56,518 nucleotides of DNA, taken from the NCBI GenBank assembly GCA_051453625.1, contig JBOZIK010000001.1, positions 2,999,880-3,056,397 on the forward strand, given 5' to 3'. Made by a program: the position numbers and the translations under genes. Origin of the DNA: Welwitschia mirabilis. Taxonomy: Eukaryota. Positions within the stretch are counted from its first letter, which is position 1. Each line of letters opens with the position of its first letter. Under the pieces are notes generated by a model, which did no database searches, was not told the DNA's origin, and saw only the letters and a list, made by a program, of their open reading frames with translations. Below are positions 25,209 through 36,203 of this stretch, one piece after another.

Positions 25209-26849
25209 TATTAGATTATGTTTTGTCAATTGATGTTAAACTAATGTTTTCTGCATAGCAAATTTTATGTATCTTGTGTAGAAGATATTAATTACTTGTA
25301 AGTCGAAAGATGAAACCAAAGCCACTGAATTCTGAGCACTAGAAACCTGTCAGTTCTTTTACCCTCTTGATGGGTCGACCAAACTTTTAAGGGGTCGACC
25401 ACACTTAAAGTAGACAGACAAAATGAACTGCATCTAGAGGGGTCAACCAGATTTCTGATGGGGTCAACCAAACCTATAACTTCAAGAACCAATGTCTCTA
25501 AACCAAATGGAAAGGGGTCGATCAAACCTTTATGGGTTCAACCGGATTTGAGGACCTAATAAATAGTATCCTTGGACTAAATAACAAGGGGTCGACCAGA
25601 CTTATGATGGGATTGACCGGATCTATAAACCAAGGAATAGTACTCCTGAGCTNNNNNNNNNNGTCGATCGGACTTATGATGGGGTCGACCAGACCTGAGC
25701 ACTATGCAGCTGATACTCCTAAGCCAACTGTTATGGGGTCAATCGGATACTAAAAGGCATCAACCGTACCTGATGCTGGAAACTGAAAAGATTTTTATCA
25801 AGATAAGTGGGTGACCATATTTTATTATGAATGAACAGACTGGGGTCGACCAGACCTATATGGAGTCGACTAGACATGAAGCTGTAAGAAATTAGGCTAA
25901 CCAAAATTTTCACTCAGGTAACCTGTGTAAGTCGCGACACCAGATGGATTTGACTGGACTTTTAAGAGGTTGACCCAATAGAACAAAACTAAAATTTTCT
26001 ATTCATTATGTATCCATTAGATAGCTGTTTTCTAGCTATTTTATAGTTGTTGAAAGCGCATTTCAAATTTAATAAACCCTAAAAGCCTTTCATTATAAAT
26101 AGCCAAGAGATAGATGACTATAGAATCCTTTTAAACCATTTTCAATTGTGTTAATCTGTTAGATCTAAGGAACTAGAACTATAATCTTGTGATATTCATT
26201 ATTGTGTCTTGGCATCTGTACTTCTGACTAAGGAAGATCTACCATTTATATTATCTCTACATTCAAAGTTAGATCCTATGCTTCATCTATTATACATCTA
26301 TAAGAGAAGAGATCCATTAAATCCACTGTATCAAGAGTAAGTGATATTCGTGCATATTCACATCATTGCACCACTTTTTTACTTTGTAAAAGGTTGAGAC
26401 TAAGCCTTGAAAAGTCCATATGTAAAGGTTATAGGTGAATCTGAAATAGCTGGTGGAGTAACAAAGACTGGATCAAGCTTGGGGATAAGCTGATCATTGA
26501 GAGTGGGGTAGGAAGTTTCCCAAACCACTATAAATCTTGTGTGCATCTATTTGGTACTTTTGTGATTTCAGTTAGTTTAATAAAGATCCAGATCAAGCTT
26601 GGGGATAAGCTGATCATCAAGAGTGGAGTAAGGGGTTTCCCAAACCACTATAAATCTTGTGTGCATCTATTTGGTACTTTTGTAATTTCAGTTAGTTTAT
26701 TTCTTTACTTCAGTTAACTTTGCTTTTCATGCACATTTTGGATTAGTGAATTAATTTGTGTAAATTCTTTGTATATCTTAGATTCATTTAGAATACTGTG
26801 TTGTATTTTTTTAACCTGTTCACCCTCTCTAGGGTTCTCAATTCTATTA
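25209..26849 (+). repeat. 5' LTR (1641 bp)
   Basis: Starts tattagattatgtttt, identical to 31429. Ends ttcaccctctctagggttctcaattctatta. Contains the GGTCGACC array and TATAAATA at ~26094. Confidence 0.88.
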
Positions 26850-26850
26850 A

Positions 26851-26864
26851 TTAGTATTAGAGCC
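26851..26864 (+). promoter_or_regulatory. PBS (initiator tRNA-Met type, decayed)
   Basis: ttagtattagagcc vs the canonical TTGGTATCAGAGCC, immediately after the 5' LTR. Confidence 0.8.
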
Positions 26865-29800
26865 AGTTAAGTCTTTTCTTAGATCTTAACCAATCTAGAC
26901 TTCAGAACCCTACGATGAGTATTTTCTTTGATGACTTTTCAAATATGCCCTTCTTAGACACTTTTACTTTTATTTGTATATTTTGGATAGCATATGGATA
27001 TATTTTCAAACAGATTGCAACTAATAAAAACACACAACAGTCGAGTGAAAGTGACAAAAGAAATGCTCAAAAACCTGACAAAGAAAGGAGACTTTCCTTT
27101 ATGGCACTTGTGCCTCCTTTACAAAATGTACCCAATACATTAGATCATGATTACCTTGATGTGATTAATAAGAATAGGATGAACTAAAAAACATTTGTCA
27201 AGAGCTACACTAAGAATGTGAAAAGCTAGCTAAAAGGATAAATGATCTGAACAAGATTGTAAAATCTCTCACTAAGGAAAAGGAGGAAATGGAATCAAGA
27301 TTTAAGAAGATCAAATCAGAAAACTGTAACCTCACCCTATAGATAAAAGAGTTATTTCATTTTATTAATAAATTTTATGGCTCTTCCAAGTTAGAATAGA
27401 TGCTTAGAGTTCAGAAATCTATCAGTGACAAATTAGAGATGGGTTCATCTTACAAAAATCTCAAAAGCAGCAAAATCAGGTAACATGAGATAGTAAGTTC
27501 TTCTCAAAAATTACTTGTTAAAATTGTTCATTTAAAACTTTTGTATAATGCTAAAAAATTAATGTCATTCTCAAACTTAGTTAGTACTTTTTCTTTTAAA
27601 TTTATTCGAAAAGGAGGTGTACCACGTAAGCCTAAAAGAACTATGTGGATGAAAGATACTAATCTTAAAAGTATTTTAATTCAAACAACTTTCAAGGTTT
27701 CAAATAGCAGTAGCTGGTATCTAGATAGTAGGTGTTTAAGGCATATGATAGGAGACAAATCTAGGTTCAAACAATTAACTAACTTTGATGGATAAGAGGT
27801 CAATTTTGATAACAATGGGAGAGCAAAAATAGAAGGCATTAAAGGCATTGGTGGAGGTAACCTTCCTAGAATTAATGAAGTTTTGTATGTAAATGGTTTA
27901 GAGCATAATTATTGAGCATTAGTCAAATTTGTAATAAAGGTACAAGGTACTATTTGATAAATCAAAATGTAAAATCTGGCATGAGAAATTCAATGATGTA
28001 ATTCTTAGAGCAAGTAGAATAGACAATGTTTATAGCATAGATTAATCATTTTATCCGTGTTATTTTTCAAATGTTTCTCAAGAAGAGCTTTGGCATAAAT
28101 GATTAGATCATGTTAATTATGATCAGTTGAAAATGATTACTTATAAAAATATTATGATAGGTATCTCTAAGATAAATGTAGAAAAACAAGGATTATGTGA
28201 TGCATGTCAAAAGGGAAAACAAATAAGGACTTCACATGAAAGTAAAAACCAGACTTCCACATCTATGCTGTTACAGATTATCCATATAGATCTGGTAGGT
28301 CCTGTTAAAACTTGAAGTCTAAGTGGAAAACATTATTTTCTCACTATGTTTGATGAATTTTCTAGATATACTGGAGTAGCCTTCTTGTCAAACAATCCTA
28401 AAGCTTACAAACATTGGGTTGAGATATGTAGTAAGATTCAAAACGAAAAAGGGTACATCATAAAGAAATTAAGAAGTAATCATGGTGGTTAATTTGAGGA
28501 TCACTTTTTAAAGAAACATTACATTGATAATGGAATTTATCATTAATTTTCAGTTCTAAAGATACTACAACAAAATGGTATTACTGAAAGAAAGAACAGA
28601 GTCCTCTAAGAAATGGCATGAACCATGTTAAATGATAATGAGGTTCCTAAATCTTTTTGGTCTAAGTTAATTAGCACAGCATGATACATTATTAATAAAG
28701 TATATCTTAGGCCTGGTATAGATAAAATGTTATATGAGTTATGGAAAAGAAAACAACATAATGTTTCATATTTTAAAGTCTTTAGAAGTAAATGCTATGC
28801 ACTAAAGGATAGAGAACAATTGAGCAAATTCGAGTTTAAAGTTGATGAAGCTATATTTTAGGTTACTCAACTAGAAGTAGAGACTATAATGTTTTCAACA
28901 AGAGAAGTTTAATGGTAGAAGAGTTAATAAATATGCAAGTTGATGAGATCAATGTAAGACCAAACTACACAGATGAAGAGGAAGTTACAACTACAAGCAT
29001 CCCCATGACTAATGAAGTAACTACTGAAAGTAATAAAGTTCTATCAAAAGAAGGCACACTAAAAAAGTCCAAATTATTAAAATACCATCCTTTAGAATCT
29101 ATTATTGAATAAGTTGATTCAAAAATAAAGATAAGAGGTACTATGAAAAATTTGTGTGCTCATGTTTGTTATGTTTTAAAAATTAAACCAAGAAATTTGA
29201 AGAAGCTTAAATTCATGAGGAATAAATGATGGCAATGCAAGATGAGCTACAATAGTTCAAGAACAATAATGTTTGGAAGTGAGTAGACAAATTAAAATAT
29301 TAAATTATCATTAAAACTAAGTAGATTTTTAAAAATAAATGTGATGAAGAAAACAATGTCATAAAAACAAGGCAAAATTAGTAGCACAAATTTATAATCA
29401 AATAGAAGGCATTGATGTAGGTGATACTTTCTCTCTTGTTGTAAGGGTAGATAGCATTAGAATGTTTTTGTCTTTTGTAGCCTATAAAAATTTTAAAGTT
29501 TATAAAATGAATGTGAAGAGTGCTTTTCTAAATGGTACTTTAAATGAGGAATTCTATGTAGAGCAATCATAAGGTTTTATTGAACCTCATAAAACCGATC
29601 ATGTGTATAGAATTAAGAAAGAATTGTATGGATTGAAACAAGCTTTAAAAGCTTGGAATAAGAAGCTAGCCACCTTTTTAAATGAAAATGGATATATTCA
29701 TGTAACTATAACAAAATCTTATTTGTAAAGAACTTGAAAAGTATTTCATTATTATACATATTTATGTAGATGATATTATTTTTGATGCCTCAAATGAAAA

Positions 29801-31428
29801 GTTATCAAAAAAAAGTGCAACTATTATGTCAATTCATTTTGAAATGAGTATATTTGGTGAAGTAAAGATTTTTTTTGGATTATAGATCAAGCAATCTGAA
29901 GATGGAATATTTATTTCTCAATCCAAATATGCAAAAGATTTAATTAATGTTTTAGACTAGAAAATGCTAAAATAACTGACACTCCTATGTCTACATCATG
30001 TAAAGTGTGTTTGAATGAAATTGGTAAACCAATGGATTAAAAGATTTACAAAATTATATGACATAGTTTATTATATTTGAGTACAAGTAGACCAGATACT
30101 ATATTTAGTATTGTATTATGTGAAAGGTATTAATCCCAATCAAAAGAATCACATCTACAAGTAGTAAAAAGAATAGTCAAGTATGTAAAAGCAACATGTG
30201 GTTATGGCCTATGGTATTATATAGAGATATCTTTCAAACCTACAGGTTTCAATGATGCAAATTAGGCTAGTTATAAAGATGATAGAAGAGCACAAGTACA
30301 AATTGTTTTCTATTAGGTATATGTTTAGTAGTATGGGCAAGTAACAAATAAAACTCCATCTCTCTCTCAACTATAGAAGTAGAATATATTATAGCAGATA
30401 GTTGTTGTACTCATGTTTTATGGATAAAAGAGATGATAAAGGATTTCATTATTAATTTTGAACAAGTCCTAGTTTTTGTGACAACATGAGTGGTATAGAC
30501 ATATCAAAAAATTCTATTCATCACTCAAGAATCAAACATATTTAGGTAAGACATCATGTCTTAAGAGATAAAATAGAAAAAGGAGACATATCTATGAACA
30601 TTATGAGTACAGACCAACAGCTAACAAATATTTTTACTAAATCCCTAATATTGATACTTTTCTTCATCTTAGAAATGAACTGGGTGTTATCTTATCATCC
30701 TATGACTAATTGTAGGATAGTCGACTAGATCCTTAATCCAGTCGACCAAATGTGGTCAGTTAACTGACATAAAAACCTAATCGCCTAGATCCTCCTAGTT
30801 TTGTAGGTTCTTAGTGAAAGATGGTATCATAGAATGAAAGTTTTTTATCACATAAGCTCTATATTATCTATCTTTATGTCTTTATATTTATTATTTACTT
30901 ATGTTTATGCTTATATGCTTTTGTTCTCTTCTTTGATATTAATGTCAAAAGGGAGAGAATTAGTTATATATCTCTTTATAATGCTTATAAAAATGCACTT
31001 GGTTTTATGTTTATAAATTAGTTTCTTATTTATTTTTGTACAAATTAAAGATCCATATGAGCTTAACATTTTTTAATGATGAATATTAAAAATTCAAATG
31101 ATGTTTATCTTATATTTTTAATGCACTTCAATTGTTTAAAATATTATATGATGTTATTCCATATTTATAATGAATGTTAATAATCAAAATGATAAAAGTT
31201 ATGTGATCAAAATGTGCTTTTCATATATATTATGTTCTTACTCTCCAAATGTGCATGTTAAATGTTTTTTATTTTAGCACAAAATTAAATTTATTAAAAT
31301 GTTTTAAATTGATTTCAAAAGAGTAAATTTTTGTAAAGAATGATAGGCATTTTGTAAGGGGAAGTTTTCTTGGTTTTAAATATGTTTACAACTACGTATT
31401 TTTTACCATCAATGTTAAAGAGGGATAT

Positions 31429-32892
31429 TATTAGATTATGTTTTATTAATTAATTCAAAATAATGTTTTCTATGTACTAAATTTTGTATATCTTGTGCAG
31501 AAGATGTTAATCACTTACAGGTTAAATGTTAAAGTCATAACTGTCAAAATCTGATTACTAGAAACCTATCATGTTTACTAATCTTCTTAAGGAATTGACC
31601 GAACTTTCAAGGGTCAAATGCACCTAGAGTACACTCTCAAAATTAAAGTCAATTTAGAGGGGTTGATTAGATTTCTAATGGAATTAACCAGACATGTAAT
31701 CTTAAGAATAGTATCCCTGAACCAGATGACAACGAGTTGACCAAACCTTGATGGGGTCAACTGTATTTATGGACTTGAGAATAGTACTTCTAAACTAATT
31801 GTTAAGGGATCGATTAAATCTTTGAAGGGGCCGACTAAACCTAAGCACTATGCCATTGATATTCCTAAAGCCAATTCTCATGGGTTCAGCCAAACACCTA
31901 AAGGGATGAACCGGACATGATGCAGGGAATTGGAATGATCTTTTATCAAGACTAGTGGGTGATCAGACAAAATTATAGCTGACCAAATGAAGGTCAATCA
32001 AACCTTAAGAGGTCAACTAAACATGAAGCCATAAGAAACTAGAACAACCAAAAACTTCACTTGGGTAACCTATGTAAGTTACAATACTAGATGAGGTCAA
32101 CTAGATTTTTGAGGGGTTGACCAATCAGAATGGAACTAAAATTTTATATCTATTTTGTATTAGTTAGATAGCCATTTTCTAGCCATTTATACTAGTTGGA
32201 AGTTATATTTTAATTGTAATAAATCCTAAAAGCCTTTTAATACAAATATCCAAAAGAGAGAAGATAAAAGAATGTTTTTTGATTCTTGATCCAAATACTA
32301 AAATTGTGTAATATTCACCATTGGATCTTGACATTTATACTTCTAATAAAGAAAGCTTCATCATGTTATTGTAATTATACATTCAAGATCAGATGTTGCA
32401 CTTTGTTGTGAATTATCTATAGGGGAATAGCTTTATTAAAATTATTGTAACAAAGAATGAGTCATATTTATGCATCAAGGAATTATTACCATCACTGTTA
32501 AATCCTCTGAAGGTTGAGATTGAGCCTACAAAAGTTCAATTAGAAAGGTTGAGACTTAGCTTATAAAAGTTTAGTTGTAAAGATTACAGGTGAATCTGCA
32601 ATATCTAGAAGAGTTAACAAAGAACTAGATTAAGCTTGGAAATAATTTAATCGTTAAGAATGGAGTAGGAGGGTTACCCAAACCACTATAAACTCTTATT
32701 TTCATCTATTCGATATTTTATGCTTGCTATCAGTTTCTTTACTTTGAACAATTTTAGCTTTTATTTGCATGCACAAATTTATTAGCAATTTATTTTGAGC
32801 AATCTTTTAGTATATCATGAGTTTATTTATCTCATTTTGTTTAATTTTTAAAAGAACCAATTCACCCCCCTCTAGGATGCTCGATCCTATCA
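31429..32892 (+). repeat. 3' LTR (1464 bp)
   Basis: Preceded by PPT aaagagggatat. Ends aattcacccccctctaggatgctcgatcctatca. Collinear with the 5' LTR. Confidence 0.88.
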
Positions 32893-33339
32893 AAAACATT
32901 ATGGCCCTTATTAGTTTTATGTGTTCTACGACTCTACTAGATTAGAATTTTTTATTTGAGCACCTCAAATTTTCACTTCATGTGGGGCCCACTAAAAACA
33001 TAGTTTTTGAATTTTTTACATATTTCTCATTTTTTCTCTAATGTTTAGGTAATTCAATATGCATTGAAACTTTGGGGGGCAGGACATATTTCTAGTATTT
33101 TTCATAGTTTTTTAATTGAATTCAAGGGTTGTTATTGTGCATTCATGCAATGTCTTTTCTAACATGTCTTTCTATTTTCACATGATGATTTTTTATGTTT
33201 TCGATTGAGTAGGCCATGTATGCATATAGCTAAATAGGCTGGGGCTGAAGCTGAGGTAGTTAAGTAAGAGCCAGACCCTCTAGTTGAGCTGAAGATAGAG
33301 CATACAGAGCTTAAACATCTACCATCTCGACATGGATGC

Positions 33340-33927
33340 TTCATAACTATAGAGATAGCTAGTATATCTGTTAAGCATCACTTTGATGATTTCATGAGTC
33401 ATGTTAAGTCTGACATGAACTAGAGATTGATATACTTTTGACTTAAATGGATTATAAATGCATATGTCTTATATTATATATCAAAGACAAGGGAGTTCTA
33501 CAACATCATGCACATCGAGAGGTGACCTGACACTCATGGTTAGCTACAAGACATGATTGTTTGATTTATATAAGACTATAAGATAGCAATTCTCTTATCC
33601 CATATTACAGTTATCATAGATCTTGGTAGGCTTGGGAGCATGCACATATACTTAGCTAATGGGACTGAAGAGTGTTGAGTATACAATACTATTTCAGATA
33701 TAGCAGTTGATCTAACTACTAATCAATGGTAGGTAAATGTTACTTAACTAACCCCCACATATAGGGTATTACTCAGAGGGCTAATCTATAACATTAATCT
33801 ATCCTTTCATGACAGTCATACTATAGTAGCTTATCTTCAGATATTGGCATCTTTTAGATAGGAGAGCAGATGGACCTTCCTACATTTATCCGAAGGAGAC
33901 TCAAATCCATGGTAAAGGCATGAAAGC
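33340..33927 (+). pseudogene. Decayed putative plant transposon protein (Transposase_32-like) accessory ORF, abutting the LTR at 33928
   Basis: Reads LKWIINAYVLYYISKTREFYNIM...YKIAILLSHITVIIDL, and later MDLPTFIRRRL. Fits the YxxLxxEFY motif of this family. Several stops. Confidence 0.5.
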
Positions 33928-35272
33928 TATTGTGGTGTGAATTCTTGTAATCTGGAAGTCCTTTAGATAAACCTGTAGTTTACATAAATCATAGAAATGA
34001 CACTCTAGTATAGACAAGAGTTCACTCGAATGTCGTAATCCAATGAAGGCACTAGGCTTGGAGTTAGAAAAATGATTTTCACTATGTATTCTATTATTCT
34101 CTTGTTTTTATAAAAAAACTGAATAACAACAATACAAGTAATGAAATGATATGGAAATGAAAATGCTATGGAAATGGTAATGAAAATATAATGAAAGTGT
34201 ATCTTATGTAGAATTTAATCTTCCTATCATAAGAATACTTCTCTATAACTTATATCAAATAGAAAGAGCACTTACTAGTTCCTAATCAATATAAATTATG
34301 AGATCTACCCAAAATATGACTTGAATGTAATATGGAGAAAGAAACAACAATGTAAATATATTCTTAAATGAGATCAACCTTAATAAAGGTTGTCCTTAAT
34401 ATCTAAGTAAATCTAAGAGTGCTACACTGAGATCAACTTAAATAATAAGGGATATTCACAATAATGAAAATAAATGAATTTGTATTACTAATCATAGCAT
34501 CCACTTATAACGCTAGAATAATAGTGCCTCAATGAGAGGGACATAGCCTAATACCAAGGGGACTTCTTTCTGTAGTATGGAATGGACCTCTTGCCTTCAA
34601 GCTTCTATCATGAGTATGGAGAACAAAAGATGGAAAATTGGAATGAAAGAGGGGAGGCGTATTTATAGATTTCTGAGTGAAGAAATGGGTGGCCAAACCT
34701 TGAAGGTAGGAAAAGAAACCCTAACAACTCGTGTGGCCCATTAGTACTCATTACAAGGTAAAAACAGTTGTTGTCCTATACATCGTCCACATGACAGAGG
34801 GGACGACACCACCTTAGTAGCTTGGGTTGTGTGCCCTGTGTCTTGGATTATGTATCCTATGCTGTCGTTAGTTTTGTGGTGTCGTCTTTAATGTCGTCTA
34901 GATAAAAAGGTGAACTATACATTCTTGATGTATGTGCTAGGTGTTGTGGTTGATGCTATAGGCTTTTGTCCATGTCAACAGTATGATTATCTTGAGTGTT
35001 ATCCACACGATTGAGGGGACGACGATCTTCTTTTCCTCTTTTTCCAAGGTGAATCAGTATTTGCATCGTTCCATTCTTCTCCTATCCTATAATATCAGAA
35101 TAAGTTCAAGAAACTACCAAAAATGCTGGATATCACATGTTNNNNNNNNNNAAATCCTTCATAATCATAGATCCCTACTTATCCTTGTTAGTATTACATC
35201 AAAACCTATATAAATGCCTTACATAAATACTCAAAACACACCATTAAATTCCCATAAATTGGCATCGCAACA
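33928..35272 (-). mobile_element. Athila-type 3' LTR (~1345 bp) with PPT at 35273-35288
   Basis: Minus strand GCTAAGTAGGGGGCTG then TGTTGCGATGCC at 35272. TATAAATA on the minus strand at ~34660-34667. The left end tattgtggtgtg...tgtaat resembles 7701 tgttgcaatgcg...tgtaat. Confidence 0.7.
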
Positions 35273-35614
35273 CAGCCCCCTACTTAGCCTTGTTAGTCCC
35301 TGATAAAGTAAGTGATCACTAGATTGTAAGCCAATTTGAAAGTACTACACACCAATTGTAAATTGAGTCATAAAAACATATCATTAATTAGGCAACTACA
35401 AATTCTGAAAAAACTTTCAAAGCTCCCTACTTAAACATATTACTATAAAATGAATGCAACATAAATAAAATTCAAAAAGTGACTATATGGCTCATAAAAG
35501 TGAATTTATGTATGNNNNNNNNNNNNNNNNNNNNNNNNNNNNNNNNNNNNNNNNNNNNNNNNNNNNNNNNNNNNNNNNNNNNNNNNNNNNNNNNNNNNNN
35601 NNNNNNNNNNNNNN

Positions 35615-36025
35615 AAGAGAATCAAACCAGAAAACTCTGACCTAACTCTATAAGTAAAAGAGTTCTTTTATTTTGTTAATAAATTTTTCAGGTGGATCTA
35701 CTAAATTGGAACAGATTCTTAAAGTATAAAAACTTGTTGGTAATAAGTCAGGTATTGGCTTCATCTCTCAAAAACCTTAAAGGCAGCAAAATTAGATAAT
35801 TAGTGATGGTGAGTTCTTTTAAAAAGTTACTTGTCATTTCTGTGGAAGAAGTGGTTATTCAAAACTCTTGTGCAATGCTAGAAAACTATTGTTATTTTTA
35901 AACTCAGTTAGTACCTTTTCGTTTAAATTTATTCCTAAAGAAGGTATACCACATTAGTCTAAAAGGACGATATGGGTAAAAGCTAATGATCTTAAAAGTC
36001 TTTTAATTTAGATAGCTTTCAAGGT
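35615..36025 (+). mobile_element. Gag fragment of the same Sirevirus-like family, isolated between two 100-N gaps
   Basis: Collinear with ~27303-27698 (aagagaatcaaaccagaaaactctgacctaac vs aagaagatcaaatcagaaaactgtaacctcac; both end ...tttcaaggt). Confidence 0.85.
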
Positions 36026-36125
36026 NNNNNNNNNNNNNNNNNNNNNNNNNNNNNNNNNNNNNNNNNNNNNNNNNNNNNNNNNNNNNNNNNNNNNNNNNNN
36101 NNNNNNNNNNNNNNNNNNNNNNNNN

Positions 36126-36201
<76 letters not shown>
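36126..36201. repeat. (TG)n microsatellite
   Basis: About 38 TG units with one interruption, abutting an N gap. Confidence 0.98.

Positions 36202-36203
<2 letters not shown>

Larger units (their letters stand above)
25209..32892 (+). mobile_element. Near full-length decayed Sirevirus/SIRE-like Ty1/copia element with both LTRs
   Basis: Homologous LTRs at 25209-26849 and 31429-32892. PBS at 26851. Short gag. Protease WYLDSRCLRHMIGDK (~27715), GAG-pre-integrase LWHK...CDACQKGKQ, integrase LQIIHIDLVGP, RT HIYVDDIIF (~29755), RNase H HSRIKHI. Several PPT-like tracts. No matching TSD (AAAGT vs AAAAC). Confidence 0.92.

Noticed and set aside
25292..25980. CRISPR-like array of palindromic repeats, and ORFs 25292-25525, 25532-25753 and 25731-25913
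   Set aside because: The spacers are homologous to each other, the array recurs in the second LTR, no cas genes are present and the context is eukaryotic. The ORFs are by-products of the repeat.
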